Assembly (NCBI GenBank): GCA_903851135.1
Contig: CAINNK010000046.1
Location: 1-51,408 of the forward strand
Direction of reading: 5' to 3'
DNA length: 51,408 nucleotides
From: an uncultured bacterium
GTDB taxonomy: Bacteria; Patescibacteriota; Minisyncoccia; Moranbacterales; GWC2-37-73
In this document: positions 17,750-28,763 of the stretch, one piece after another
Layout of the letters: each line of letters starts with the position of its first letter
How positions within the stretch are numbered: the first letter of the stretch is position 1
The notes under the pieces: model-generated
What the model was told of the DNA's origin: nothing
Database searches by the model: none
What the model saw: only the letters and a program-made list of their open reading frames with translations
Program-made: the position numbers and the translations under genes

Positions 17750-19384
17750 TTATTTTTTAATAAGTTCTTCAATTGTGAATCGTCCATGTGACTTGATGTC
17801 TTGAGCCACATAAATTTCAGCAAATGATTTTGTGAGCTTACCTTTGTTTTTCGCATTACTGATTGAAAAAATCAGATCACTTGGACTCGGCTCCGTTTTT
17901 TTTGAGAAAGCTTTGAGCTGAACACTATGCTTACTGGTAAAATATTCAATTGATTTGAGATATTTGAAAAGATAAGTCTGTTTACCTTGCAAGAAAACAG
18001 TGCTACCAGGCTGAGCATGTTGAACAACATAGTTAGCCAGAAATTCAGCTTCCCCCAGCATTATTTCAGTTTCAGTTGAAGTGCTGATCTGTTTCTTGTT
18101 GGCGTGATCTGCAAAAGAAGTTTTGACCGCCAAAATATTGGTGCCTAAAATAATTACAACAATAATTCCAACCAAAGTCATGGCATATTTTGAATATTTT
18201 TCCCCCCATTGCAAAAGAGCTTCCAGCCAAAGACTCAAAAGTACAAATGGCACAAAAATCAAAGCCAAATAAAACCGCAACGAAATTTCCTTGGCTAAGG
18301 GAATCAACAAGATAAATCCAACCAAAGCATAGATGCCAGCTAGTTGCAGAAAAAGTTTTTTCTTTGGTTCAGTTGTTTTGCGAAGACTTTGAAGCCAAAG
18401 CCACACTCCACCAAAAGAAAAAACGAGACTCAAAAATGTTCCAAACACAAAAAAGGCTTTATTGAAAATTCCGTGCGTCTTGTTGTAAATGCTTTTCAGT
18501 AAACCTGCGCCGCATTGATCATCATTGCCAAGGCCAGAAATTATAAAAACATCTGCTTGCAGTTGGCATGCCACGTCATCAGCCAGATTGTTGAGCAATG
18601 AACTTCCCTTGGCAGTTTTCGTAGAAGCCCCACCAAAAAAAGCTTTGACATTCGCGCCATTGGTTTGAAATTCACTAACAATTTGGCCGGTGTTTAAAAA
18701 GGCAGCCAACAGAAAAACAATTGCAGCTTGTTTCCAAATGAGTGGATTTTTCCTACTCACCCAAACAAAAAAGATTACCGCCGTGATTGGCATGATAATC
18801 AAAAGCAAAGTGTGCAATTGCACGCCAACGCCAAGCGCCACGCCGCCGGCCAACGCGACCCAAAATTTTCTCACGGTTTTATTTTCACCCAAAACAAGCA
18901 AGGCATAAAGGAATAGCAAACAATAAAAAGGCGCTGAATTTGGATTCCAAGCAAACCGCGCATATTTGATGGCAAAAATACTCACGCTCAAAACGCCTGT
19001 CAAAACCAAGGCGATGTTTTCATTGAAAGCTCTTTTCAAAAACAAAAACAGCAGTGGAATCGCCAAAATAGAAGCCAGCAAATCAGGATACGCCATTTTG
19101 TCTGGCGCATCGCCGAAAATTTTGGCCGAGGTTATTTGTAAATAGTAAAAAGCACCGCCGAGTTTAAATTCAGTTCCGCCAGCTTTCGGTCCAAGCAATG
19201 GCAGACCGCTCTTGCCTTCGACAAAATCACTGACCACGCCAGCGTCGCGCGATTGATCAGCATTAAAACGCAGCCAGTCATGAAAATGATAGGTTCGCAG
19301 AAAAATGCCAAGCAAAATTATTCCCGTTAAAATCAAAACGTAATTAGGAATTCTTTTAATTTGTTCTTTTAAATATTTATACAT
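17750..19384 (-). CDS. ArnT/PMT-like GT-C glycosyltransferase (paralog 1)
   Basis: DWLRFNADQSRDA, PLLGP, AYPDL, YARFAWNPN, VQLH; polytopic. Confidence 0.82.
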   Translation of the reverse strand: MYKYLKEQIKRIPNYVLILTGIILLGIFLRTYHFHDWLRFNADQSRDAGVVSDFVEGKSGLPLLGPKAGGTEFKLGGAFYYLQITSAKIFGDAPDKMAYPDLLASILAIPLLFLFLKRAFNENIALVLTGVLSVSIFAIKYARFAWNPNSAPFYCLLFLYALLVLGENKTVRKFWVALAGGVALGVGVQLHTLLLIIMPITAVIFFVWVSRKNPLIWKQAAIVFLLAAFLNTGQIVSEFQTNGANVKAFFGGASTKTAKGSSLLNNLADDVACQLQADVFIISGLGNDDQCGAGLLKSIYNKTHGIFNKAFFVFGTFLSLVFSFGGVWLWLQSLRKTTEPKKKLFLQLAGIYALVGFILLIPLAKEISLRFYLALIFVPFVLLSLWLEALLQWGEKYSKYAMTLVGIIVVIILGTNILAVKTSFADHANKKQISTSTETEIMLGEAEFLANYVVQHAQPGSTVFLQGKQTYLFKYLKSIEYFTSKHSVQLKAFSKKTEPSPSDLIFSISNAKNKGKLTKSFAEIYVAQDIKSHGRFTIEELIKK

Positions 19385-19387
19385 ATT

Positions 19388-21007
19388 TTATTGAAGTTGA
19401 TATATGCCGATTTGTCCGACATCTAAATGATTTATAAATTTCATCCCGCCAATTTCCTGCTGCGAACTTTTTCCAAGACCAGAACCTACATAAAAAGCCG
19501 GCGTGCCAACAGGAACAACTTCAAGATTAACACCACGCTGCAAAGTCAAACCTTTTTTTGCTGTCAAATAAATCAAAGTTTTGTTATATGGCGAATAATA
19601 TCTTGTGCCCCCAAACAAATAGGCGGTTTTTTGGCCAACCGACTTGGAAACCATGAAATCCACCAAAGGCTGCGCCTCATCCAAAACAAGATATCCTGAA
19701 TCTGCGCGCATTTTGTTTTCCAGTGCCAACCCTTCATTATAAATAGAGAATAAATTAGTAAAAGCAAAGAAAATAAAAATTAAGATTACCCCCAAAAGAT
19801 ATTTTTGCGGATATTTATGCCTCAGGTATTTGACTATCAAACCAACCAAAACAAACGGCAAAAAGGTCGTGTGGATAAAATAGCGCATTGGAGCAAGATC
19901 AATAATTGGCAGCATCACTCCAAAAGAAACTGCGGCATACAAAAGAATAATGCCCGTGAAATATTTTCGTTTTTTGTCTGTTTCTTTCCAGGTTTGATAG
20001 CCAAGTAATCCATATCCCAAAGCTGAAAAAAGCAAGCTCAAAAAGATTCCCAGCAATGAAAACGGGCGGTTCGGCAATTGCAACTTGCTGCCCGATTTCA
20101 TGTTTCGTGCCTTCGAATAAAGGAAATCGCAATTTTCCTTGTTGCCCAAAGCAGCTGAAATTAACGTATTGGCTTGAGCATTGCAAGCGACATTCAATTG
20201 CAAATTTCGAAAAAATCTCTTACTGCCACCATTGTCTGATTTATCGTTAAAGGAGGCCAAAAAAACTTTCGAATTTGCATAATTAGTCTGCTGCTCGTGA
20301 ATGATTTGCCCAGTGTTTGCCACAACTGCAATCAAAAAAATCACCACCCACCGACTCCAAGTTCTCCAACTTTTTTTCATCAAAAAAACAAAAGTCACAC
20401 CCAAGACGCCCAACATAGTCAACAACAAAATTGCGTGCAATTGAGAACCAACTCCAAAAGCAATACCCAAGAAAAAAATCCATTTCCAAGCGGTTTTTTC
20501 CTTAGCAATTAAAAATTCCCAAAGCGACAACAAAAAAAGCATCACGAAAAACGGGATTGGATTTGGGTTCCAAGCAAAACGCGAATATTCGATCGTGTAA
20601 TAAGAAATACTATAAAGCCCGGCTAGCAACAAGGCTAAATTTTTACCAAAAAACCTTTTGAGAAAAAAATAAAGCAGTGGAATAGACAAAAGATTGAAAA
20701 AAAGATCCGGATATGCCAGTTTGTCAGGTCCAATCCCAAAAATTTTCACCGAAATTATTTGGAAATAATAATACATCGGACCCAACAGAAAACCGGTGTT
20801 TCCCATTGAAGAACCCAACAGTGGCCAAGGCGCATTATTTTTCACCACATCCTCAACCAAAAAAGCATCTCTCGCTTGGTCATTGCCAAAATGAAGCCAG
20901 TCATGAAATTTATAAACCCGAAAGAAAATTCCCAAGCCAAACAACAAAATTACTATCGACATTAAAAACTTCTTGGACTTCAAAAATTGCTGGATTTTTT
21001 CTTGCAT
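19388..21007 (-). CDS. ArnT/PMT-like GT-C glycosyltransferase (paralog 2)
   Basis: DWLHFGNDQARDA, PLLG, AYPDL, YSRFAWNPN, SQLH. Confidence 0.82.
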   Translation of the reverse strand: MQEKIQQFLKSKKFLMSIVILLFGLGIFFRVYKFHDWLHFGNDQARDAFLVEDVVKNNAPWPLLGSSMGNTGFLLGPMYYYFQIISVKIFGIGPDKLAYPDLFFNLLSIPLLYFFLKRFFGKNLALLLAGLYSISYYTIEYSRFAWNPNPIPFFVMLFLLSLWEFLIAKEKTAWKWIFFLGIAFGVGSQLHAILLLTMLGVLGVTFVFLMKKSWRTWSRWVVIFLIAVVANTGQIIHEQQTNYANSKVFLASFNDKSDNGGSKRFFRNLQLNVACNAQANTLISAALGNKENCDFLYSKARNMKSGSKLQLPNRPFSLLGIFLSLLFSALGYGLLGYQTWKETDKKRKYFTGIILLYAAVSFGVMLPIIDLAPMRYFIHTTFLPFVLVGLIVKYLRHKYPQKYLLGVILIFIFFAFTNLFSIYNEGLALENKMRADSGYLVLDEAQPLVDFMVSKSVGQKTAYLFGGTRYYSPYNKTLIYLTAKKGLTLQRGVNLEVVPVGTPAFYVGSGLGKSSQQEIGGMKFINHLDVGQIGIYQLQ

Positions 21008-22644
21008 TATTTTTTAATTAAAGTGTAAATTATGATATTACTAAATTTCTGATAACCCAAAACCAAATCACTATTCAAAGTCTTGCCTATTTCAGTTGGT
21101 TTTGCTTTGCTGCCATCAATGAAAAAGAATTTGGTGCCGCTAGCAAAAGGTTGCTTGTTGCCAGGACGAACCATTGTCGCGCCTGATTGTTGAGCCAGAT
21201 AATCAAACGGCTTGAGAAATCTCTTCAAATAAAATGTTTGCCCGTCAATATAGACCAGCTTTTGCTGATCAGCATTAGCCATTAAATAAGCCAGCATGTT
21301 TTGGGTTTCACCTAGAATACTGTTATTAACATCACTAGCGCGTTGTTCCAAATAAGGCCTTGCTAGTGCCAACAGCATCCAGACATTTGCAACCAAAAAG
21401 AAAATCGCCAACCCAAGAAAAATGTTTTTTTCAGCTTGCTTTTTTTTCTCAAACAGAAAATTGAGCCACAAACCCAGCAGGACAAAAGGGACAAAAAACA
21501 AAATGCTGAAATAGCGCACTTCAATTTGAGAAGCCACTGGTAATAGTACAGCCCAAGAAACCAGGCTGTAAAAGACAAACAACCCCAAAAAATTGCGTTT
21601 TTGCTCATCTTTTTCTTTTCGAAGATAACGCCAGAGCAACGCATACCCACCAAACGAAAAAATGAGCGTGACAATCATTTCCAAAATAAACAGACCGCCA
21701 TTGACTTTGGGTCCGGCTGGAACCAATTTATTGCTCTTGAAACTCTTGGCCACATTGAAAATTGCCCCACACTTCTCCATATCAATCGGCGAAAAAACAA
21801 TATTAATGTTGGCTTGTGCTTGGCAAGAAGCAACCAACGAAACATTGCGTAGCAAAGCACTGCCGCCCACATTCGACTCACTACTCGCCCCTTTGAACAA
21901 TTGCCCAACATTTGCACCACCACTTTTAAATTCATAGGCAAGCTGTCCGTAATTTGCAAGCAGAAAGAAAAATACCACCAAAAAAAAACTTTTCCAACTC
22001 AAATTTTTCTTGGCAATCAAATATCCGCAAACTCCCAAGGCCACTACCGGCATAATCAAAAAAAGCAGCGCGTGCAATTGGATCCCAACGCCCATCCCAA
22101 TCCCAACCAAACTGGCCCAAAAATATTTCTTGTTGTTTTCCTTTTCCAACAAACCCAATAAGCCCAACAAAAAAATCAGCGCAAAAAACGGAATCGAATT
22201 TGGATTAGAAGCAAAGCGAGAAATTTTAATCGCAAAATAGGAAACGCTCAGCAGCGCGCTCAAGAAAAGCGCCATTCTCGTCGAAAAATATTTTCGCAAG
22301 AAAACAAACAACAGCGGAATAGCTAAAATAGAAAAAAACAAGTCAAAATAGGCGATTTTATCAGGTGAATTTCCAAAAAGTAGCGCCGCGACATATTCAC
22401 CTTGATAATAAAACGGTCCGAGATAAAATTGAGTGTTGCCAGCTTGCGGCCCAAGTGCTGGCAAAGCAGCTTTCCCCTCAATGGCAGCTCCAATCAAAGT
22501 CGCATCTCGAGCTTCATCCGGACTAAACTGCAACCAATCGCGAAAATGATAGGTGCGCAAAAAAATACCCACCACAATAATAGCCAACAAAATCCAAAAA
22601 TATTTTGGCACCGCTTTGAAATAATTTTTCATTTGATTTTTCAT
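21007..22644 (-). CDS. ArnT/PMT-like GT-C glycosyltransferase (paralog 3)
   Basis: DWLQFSPDEARDA, PALGP, AYFDL, ISRFASNPN, IQLH. TAATG overlap with the next gene at 21007. Confidence 0.82.
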   Translation of the reverse strand: MKNQMKNYFKAVPKYFWILLAIIVVGIFLRTYHFRDWLQFSPDEARDATLIGAAIEGKAALPALGPQAGNTQFYLGPFYYQGEYVAALLFGNSPDKIAYFDLFFSILAIPLLFVFLRKYFSTRMALFLSALLSVSYFAIKISRFASNPNSIPFFALIFLLGLLGLLEKENNKKYFWASLVGIGMGVGIQLHALLFLIMPVVALGVCGYLIAKKNLSWKSFFLVVFFFLLANYGQLAYEFKSGGANVGQLFKGASSESNVGGSALLRNVSLVASCQAQANINIVFSPIDMEKCGAIFNVAKSFKSNKLVPAGPKVNGGLFILEMIVTLIFSFGGYALLWRYLRKEKDEQKRNFLGLFVFYSLVSWAVLLPVASQIEVRYFSILFFVPFVLLGLWLNFLFEKKKQAEKNIFLGLAIFFLVANVWMLLALARPYLEQRASDVNNSILGETQNMLAYLMANADQQKLVYIDGQTFYLKRFLKPFDYLAQQSGATMVRPGNKQPFASGTKFFFIDGSKAKPTEIGKTLNSDLVLGYQKFSNIIIYTLIKK

Positions 22645-22674
22645 ACAATATAATAAACGAGGCTACATCAACTT

Positions 22675-22718
22675 AAAATTTTACAAACTTATTTCCTTTT
22701 TGGGCCATATGAGCGACA
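22675..22718 (+). repeat. Family B left arm and partial core (truncated)
   Basis: aaaattttacaaacttatttcctttttgggccatatgagcgaca matches the start of the 10764 copy. Confidence 0.7.
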
Positions 22719-22735
22719 ACGATAAGGTATTGACA

Positions 22736-22871
22736 TTAGGACTTACGCGCTTGATCGAAAAATTACTTACAACCAGTTTTTTAGCAAGAGAGACTTGAAG
22801 TAGACCAGGGGAGATTTTCTTAGCAAAGAAATTACGCTCTAGGAATTTGAGAGCAAGCGCGTAAGTCCTAA
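22736..22871 (+). repeat. Palindromic element family A (MITE or structured-RNA-like), copy 1
   Basis: Perfect 18-bp terminal inverted repeat ttaggacttacgcgcttg/caagcgcgtaagtcctaa. The core is conserved in the copies at 29358 and 36740. Confidence 0.9.
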
Positions 22872-22891
22872 ATAATTTAAATTAAACCACT

Positions 22892-25051
22892 TTACAACGG
22901 CGTAACTTTGATGCTCGAAACCAACGCGCCTTGACGCAATTTCTTAGTATTGACCATTTCAACCGCTTTTCCTTGAGCGTCAGTAACTACAAAATTGACC
23001 GCATTTTCACCAGGCACAAGCACAGTTTCAAAAATATATGTCTTCGAAACATCCGCCAATTTTTCCATCAACCCACTGTGTCCATTGCTTGCAGCCGCAA
23101 GCTGCAATTGCAAGCCGCTGTTTTTCGCAGCCACTGTCACTCTCACCTTTTGATTTATTTTGGAAACATTCACAATCCTAAGCTTTGCGCCATTACCCAT
23201 AACTCGCGAAAGCAAACCATCACTTTCATTGACAAACGATTTTGAAAATTGCTCGCCACTGCCAAAATCAACGTAGAAACTTTTTTGCTCGACCTGACGC
23301 ACTTCATAGGCAATCAAATATTCATCTTCGAAACGATTGGTATATGCAATGTGTGCTTTGATGAAATTTTCTGCTAATTTCACAACTTCCGGCTTGGCGT
23401 ATTTTTTGCTGATAGTTATATATCTCACGTTGTAAAAACTAAGCACTTCATTCGATTTACTGAAATCAAAACTATCAATAATGTCCAACATGTCTTTCTG
23501 ATCTGGGTCATTGCCCTTAGGAATCGTATACAAAAGCTGTTTAACAACCGGGGTTCCCTGTTGCATGTCAAACTGTCCGCTGATTTTGCGCGCCAACGGC
23601 ATACCATTAAGCACCGGCTTTTTTGCCACCGTGTTCAAGAAAAGATCATAACTGGCAAATTCATAACTTGTGCTGCCGGGAATTTCAATCAAAGTATACT
23701 GCTGATTGTCTTGAGCCAGCTTGTCATAAAAAGATGAATAACCTACCAACATAGTAGGAATTGGCGCTACCCAAAACTCAAGCAAAATAACTGCCGCAAA
23801 AATACTCGTCAGTAGCATCTGTTTGTGCGCATTTTTTTTCAGCAGCCAGGTAAAAGCAAAAGCAAGCAGCACAGAAATTCCCATGATCGCAAAAACAAAC
23901 AATCGACCGGTCGTCCGGATATTTTCATAAAAGGGCAAAAACTTATAAATCAAAAAATATGGCAGATAAATGTCATGCTTGCCAATTGAAAAAGAATTGC
24001 CGAGTGAAAAAAGATAAAACAACAAAGTTGACGAACCCCAAAAAATAAGGTTACGACGATAGCTCTTATCCTCCAGCTCAGTCACCTTCTTTTTCAAAAT
24101 TGCGTTTGCAAAATACACCAACATTGCCAACACCGAAAATCCAACGAAATATGAACCACGATCGGTTCCGCCTAGCATAATTTTTTGCAAAAACTCGCTA
24201 GCCCCTGGCCACAAGGCGTGAAAAATCGGCGGAGCCAAGGGATCAAGCGCCAACATAGCATATTTGTTTGCAGCATTGGCTCCGGCATCCAAAAAGTTGT
24301 TGTCCGAAGTTGCCACTTTCAACATCGCTCCAAACATAACAAAAGCCACAATTGCCAGCAGCCCTAACAGGCAGGAAACATAAATCCAAAACTTTTTGTT
24401 TTTCAGAATACTTTTGTTCACTGAGATTTTGTAAACCGCCACTGCAACCACAAACAACAAACTGAAAGCCAGCATTTGATGTTCATTCATGGCAATCAAA
24501 AAAGCCGCACCCGAAAAAGCCAGAAAATATTTAAACCTAAACTCTTCAAAAAACTTAAACAAAAACAGCGCCAAAAAAGGCAGCCATTCCTGATGCATCG
24601 TTCCCAAATTCACAACCGTGGCTTGATAAAAATGAAAAGGCGAAAAAGCAAAAATAATTCCCGCCAAGAAGGCCGCATATTTGTCTTTGACAAAATATAA
24701 AGCCAGCAAATATGCCCCAAAGCCGCTCAAAACAAAACTCAACAAAAACAAGACATTATAGGCGACATATTTGTTGACGAACAAGTTCAAAAAAACATAC
24801 GGGAGATAAACATCAAGGTGCTTGACGAGAAAAATCGCTTTACCAGAAAAGTTTAAAGCGGAAACACTAGCAACTCGACTATCAATGTTTGCGATAGCTT
24901 GGAAAGTGTCACCTCTGCCCTGCGGAAGTTGGCTTCCGATTCTGCTAATGAGCGGAAAAGTGAAAACAATTGCAATCAACGCATACAAAACCACTGCAAT
25001 GATTGTAGGATGTTTTTCACAAAAATTTTTTATTTTTTGTTTGAGGTTCAT
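22892..25051 (-). CDS. Polytopic membrane protein, probable GT-C (YfhO-like) with a large C-terminal ectodomain
   Basis: 719 aa. 'RGDTFQ' loop, AYNVLFLLSFVLSGFGAYLL, GIIFAFSPFH, NIRTTGR. Confidence 0.7.
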   Translation of the reverse strand: MNLKQKIKNFCEKHPTIIAVVLYALIAIVFTFPLISRIGSQLPQGRGDTFQAIANIDSRVASVSALNFSGKAIFLVKHLDVYLPYVFLNLFVNKYVAYNVLFLLSFVLSGFGAYLLALYFVKDKYAAFLAGIIFAFSPFHFYQATVVNLGTMHQEWLPFLALFLFKFFEEFRFKYFLAFSGAAFLIAMNEHQMLAFSLLFVVAVAVYKISVNKSILKNKKFWIYVSCLLGLLAIVAFVMFGAMLKVATSDNNFLDAGANAANKYAMLALDPLAPPIFHALWPGASEFLQKIMLGGTDRGSYFVGFSVLAMLVYFANAILKKKVTELEDKSYRRNLIFWGSSTLLFYLFSLGNSFSIGKHDIYLPYFLIYKFLPFYENIRTTGRLFVFAIMGISVLLAFAFTWLLKKNAHKQMLLTSIFAAVILLEFWVAPIPTMLVGYSSFYDKLAQDNQQYTLIEIPGSTSYEFASYDLFLNTVAKKPVLNGMPLARKISGQFDMQQGTPVVKQLLYTIPKGNDPDQKDMLDIIDSFDFSKSNEVLSFYNVRYITISKKYAKPEVVKLAENFIKAHIAYTNRFEDEYLIAYEVRQVEQKSFYVDFGSGEQFSKSFVNESDGLLSRVMGNGAKLRIVNVSKINQKVRVTVAAKNSGLQLQLAAASNGHSGLMEKLADVSKTYIFETVLVPGENAVNFVVTDAQGKAVEMVNTKKLRQGALVSSIKVTPL

Positions 25052-26802
25052 TGTTTATTGCTAGTATGAAAAGTAAAAACGTCTTTCCAAAAAACCCGGT
25101 CTTCTCCTCCGCCTGATTTTTTTAATTTAAACGAGCTTGAAACAACCCGCTTTGGAAAATTGATTTCATAGACAGTTATTTGGCCGAATTTTTGAGAAGT
25201 CACAATTTCAATGTCATTTCCAAATTTTTTAGTTACTGGATCTAGTCCATTCTTGGTTGGCGTAACAGCAAAAAATTGGGCATTGGGATCACCATTTAAT
25301 TTCAAAGTGGCAAAATTCAATTTCTTGTCCCGTTTGTTGGTCAGCAAAAATTCCAACGGGCGCACGTGTTCCGGTTTGACATAATAATACAAAGTTGAGC
25401 CAACTTGATGACGAGCATACATCCAATCCGTGACTCCTTGCAATTGACCCAATGTCACGCCATCCTTGGCTTTCAAAATCAGCGTACGCTTGACAATAAA
25501 CGCACTTTTCTGCGACTTGGCTTGCTCTTTAAACCAAGCATAAGTTCCATGCGTATTCCAAGCAATGATTCCGGCAGTTAGCAGCAAGGCAATCGCAATA
25601 GCCCATTGCTTGTTGATTTTTTCTTCCAGATATTCAAACAACAAACCCAAACAAATAAAAGGCAGTGCAAAAACCACGATGAAAAAACGCGGACGCAATT
25701 GAAAAGAAACCGGCACCGTCAAAATCGTAAAGACCGCCACCCAAGCGATCAATAAGATCAAAAAATCTCGCTGCGCAATGCTGATTTTCTTTTCACGCAA
25801 TTTTCGGAACGTTAGGATTGCCCCAAAAAGCAAAATCAAACCGGTCACAGAAATTGCCGGCAGTTCATTTTTCAGGCTGGAGCCATAGCACTGCGAAGTG
25901 GTGACCAAGCAATAATATTTGAGATTCTCCGTCACAGTTTTTGAAATTTTTGCTGTCAAAGGTTTATTAGCTGGTTTTGAGCCAATTGCTTCAAAGAAAT
26001 TTCTGGTATTTTGACCATTTTTTCTGACCTCACTGATGAAAACCGGCGTATAGAAAATTGCAAAAACCAAAACTCCGATTCCAACATAGGTCGCAATTTT
26101 TTTGAGTGCTTCTTTTTTCAAACTGGCCAACAAACGCTCCTTTTTCCACAATTGAAAATGAAAAACAATCAACAAACCGGAAATACCCACCAAACTGAAG
26201 AAACCAAAAAAATGCAGCTGACTGCCAATCGTCATCCCGATTGCCCAAACGGCCAACCACCACCTTTTGCGTTTTTCACTGGTTTCATTTAAAAATTTCA
26301 ACAGCCCATAAAAACTAAGTAGCAAAAAAAACTGCAAAGAATTCGGATTCCAGGCAAACCGCGAATATTGAATGATAATGAAGGAAAAAGCATACATAGC
26401 CGTGATCAGCAGCGAATTTCGCTTGGAAAAATAAAGTCGCAGCAAAAGATACAGCAATGGGATAGCCAAGATTGAAAAAAACAAATCCGGATAAGCATAA
26501 ACATAGGGCTGGGTCGAATGAAAAATCACCCCGGCGGCATATTGAAAATAATAAAAAATCGGTCCCAGCCGCAAAAAGCCATGTTTGAGTTTCACTGCTC
26601 CAGCTCTGGCACCTAATAGAGGCAAATTTTGCGGACCATTTTCAACTGCGTTACTGATCAAGAGCGCGTCCCGAGATTGGTCCATTTTGAAATATAGCCA
26701 GTTGTCAAATTCATACGTCCGCACAAAAATAGCCACCACCAAAATGACCAACAGCGTCAGCCACACATAATTTTTCGCCAAATAGTTTTTCAATTTTTGC
26801 AT
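25048..26802 (-). CDS. ArnT/PMT-like GT-C glycosyltransferase (paralog 4)
   Basis: NWLYFKMDQSRDA, LPLLG, AYPDL, YSRFAWNPN, SQLH. Confidence 0.82.
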   Translation of the reverse strand: MQKLKNYLAKNYVWLTLLVILVVAIFVRTYEFDNWLYFKMDQSRDALLISNAVENGPQNLPLLGARAGAVKLKHGFLRLGPIFYYFQYAAGVIFHSTQPYVYAYPDLFFSILAIPLLYLLLRLYFSKRNSLLITAMYAFSFIIIQYSRFAWNPNSLQFFLLLSFYGLLKFLNETSEKRKRWWLAVWAIGMTIGSQLHFFGFFSLVGISGLLIVFHFQLWKKERLLASLKKEALKKIATYVGIGVLVFAIFYTPVFISEVRKNGQNTRNFFEAIGSKPANKPLTAKISKTVTENLKYYCLVTTSQCYGSSLKNELPAISVTGLILLFGAILTFRKLREKKISIAQRDFLILLIAWVAVFTILTVPVSFQLRPRFFIVVFALPFICLGLLFEYLEEKINKQWAIAIALLLTAGIIAWNTHGTYAWFKEQAKSQKSAFIVKRTLILKAKDGVTLGQLQGVTDWMYARHQVGSTLYYYVKPEHVRPLEFLLTNKRDKKLNFATLKLNGDPNAQFFAVTPTKNGLDPVTKKFGNDIEIVTSQKFGQITVYEINFPKRVVSSSFKLKKSGGGEDRVFWKDVFTFHTSNKQ

Positions 26803-26857
26803 ATTTTAAAATTATTATTATCTAGCAAATTCAGTGTAAGAAAGAATTTTTTCTTTT

Positions 26858-27757
26858 TTACTTTGCAAACAAATACTCCACTTGATCACTTTTCAAATCA
26901 ATGACTCCATATGAGCCCGCATAACCTTCTCGAGTCAAAGCTGCCTGACCATAATAAGCTATCCCATCATATTGTTTCTGCCAAGGAACATGCCAATGAC
27001 CGGATAACACCATTTTCACGTTGCCACTCTCATGCAGAACCTTTTCAAACTCAACATAGGAAGCCAAAATGTTTCCCATATTGGTGAAATTCCCGCTTTG
27101 CAAAACATGATTGGAATTAAGCGCATCTCCTCCGTCAAAAATTGGGATATGCATCGCCACAATCACTTGTTTGTCTGTTTTTAAAACGCCCCTAAGCCAA
27201 GCAAGCTGTTCTGAATCAATGAATCCTTGATAACCACCCCCGACTTCAACATCATCAATTGCCACAATCCTAGTTTTGCCATAATCGACATAATAATATC
27301 TGGCTTTTTTGCCATCCAACACATTCATCACCTTATCATTATCATGATTTCCTCTCACCCAAATCACATGCATGCTTTTTTCTTGAGCGATTTTTGAAAG
27401 CTCCCGAGCATAATTGTCATCACCGGAATTTGTGTTATCCCCGGTGGCAACAACCGTGTCGATTCCTTTACTACGCAAATCATCAAAAACTTTTGGCAAA
27501 TAATCTTGATATTGACGCGGATATATCGTGCCACTGTCGACGGTTCTGCGCTTGAAACGATCAGCGTGAATGTCGCTCACCCAACCGATCTTTGCATTTT
27601 TCTGAGCAAAATCGGGATTTTTCAAAACGGTTCGCTGAAAAAAATTTCTTCCCGCAATCACCAAAGATGAGTCCCTTGGCCCGCCAAGTTCCAAGCTCGT
27701 CTTCCCCGCGATGTGATAAACCCTGACAAAAAACACCCAAAACAACAACACACTCAA
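26858..27757 (-). CDS. Calcineurin-like metallophosphoesterase, likely membrane anchored (start uncertain)
   Basis: SDIH, ATGD, RGNHD, AMHIP and SGHWH motifs. The frame stays open upstream of the TTG through a hydrophobic segment. Confidence 0.88.
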   Translation of the reverse strand: MSVLLFWVFFVRVYHIAGKTSLELGGPRDSSLVIAGRNFFQRTVLKNPDFAQKNAKIGWVSDIHADRFKRRTVDSGTIYPRQYQDYLPKVFDDLRSKGIDTVVATGDNTNSGDDNYARELSKIAQEKSMHVIWVRGNHDNDKVMNVLDGKKARYYYVDYGKTRIVAIDDVEVGGGYQGFIDSEQLAWLRGVLKTDKQVIVAMHIPIFDGGDALNSNHVLQSGNFTNMGNILASYVEFEKVLHESGNVKMVLSGHWHVPWQKQYDGIAYYGQAALTREGYAGSYGVIDLKSDQVEYLFAK

Positions 27758-27865
27758 AACAAAAAAAGCAGCAATCCATTTCCAGGTTTTTCGCTTTATC
27801 TTGGATAATTTTAGCTTTATATACTGATAGATATGATTGTTGAAATAAGTTTGTTAGCTACCACT

Positions 27866-27895
27866 ATTATAGCTCAAAACAGCCACTTTGCACAA
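27866..27895 (-). promoter_or_regulatory. Sigma70-like promoter for the minus-strand GT-C operon
   Basis: Minus strand TTGTGC-18 nt-TATAAT. Confidence 0.5.
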
Positions 27896-28049
27896 GACAG
27901 CTGCCTTCCAAAAAATCCCACCACTGGGGACTTTTGCGTCAAAATAAGTATAGCATTTTATCCATCATAATCAACATCAAAAACTCAAATTAAAAGTATT
28001 CCCACTAAGCCACAAAACACACATCATCTCTCCTCAAGAAAGTGACAAA

Positions 28050-28592
28050 TTATGCAACTTCAAATTCTGCTTTCTTGATTTCCATTTCAAGTGTGCCACT
28101 CAAAACCCATTTTCCGTTGTGAAAAATGGTCCGATCATTTGAGATGATTTTTGATTTTCTGAATCCGATTTTTTCATACAGTCTGATAGCGCCTTGGTGA
28201 AACTCACTGGTTGAAAGAACGACTTTTTCCATTGCCAAATCTTCAAAAGCATATTTCAAAACAAGCCTTGAAATTTCAAGTCCGAAACCCTTGCCCCAAA
28301 AATCCTTGTCCAAAATGAAAATCGCAAACTCGCATTCCGCCGGCTGCTTAAAATATGCCAGCGAGGCATAGCCAATAAATTTGTTATCAATAGTATAAAT
28401 TCCGAAGATGATGCCATCTTCCAATTCAATAATGAAGCTTTTCAACTCCTCAACATTTTTCAGCGCCAAACCCTTTTTGACCCAGCCAACATATTTCATC
28501 ACTTCCAAATCGCCAAACCACCTCAAAAGCAGAGGAAAGTTTTCTTCCACTAGATCTTTTCGCAAATAGACTTTCTCATCTTTTAAGATCAT
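28050..28592 (-). CDS. GNAT family N-acetyltransferase (RimJ/RimL-like)
   Basis: FWGKGFG acetyl-CoA motif and AIRLYEKIGF. Confidence 0.9.
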   Translation of the reverse strand: MILKDEKVYLRKDLVEENFPLLLRWFGDLEVMKYVGWVKKGLALKNVEELKSFIIELEDGIIFGIYTIDNKFIGYASLAYFKQPAECEFAIFILDKDFWGKGFGLEISRLVLKYAFEDLAMEKVVLSTSEFHQGAIRLYEKIGFRKSKIISNDRTIFHNGKWVLSGTLEMEIKKAEFEVA

Positions 28593-28763
28593 GGCGCAAT
28601 AAATTTCAGATTATGCAGTTTGGACTCCGTTATATACTGAAATATTGTAACGGGAATAAGAATCTCTCCAGAGGACAATCTTTCCGGAGGACGGTTCTCC
28701 GGAAAGTTTCACATCCCCATTCTACTCCCATTTTTGCTGTTTGAAAAGAGAACAACACTAACA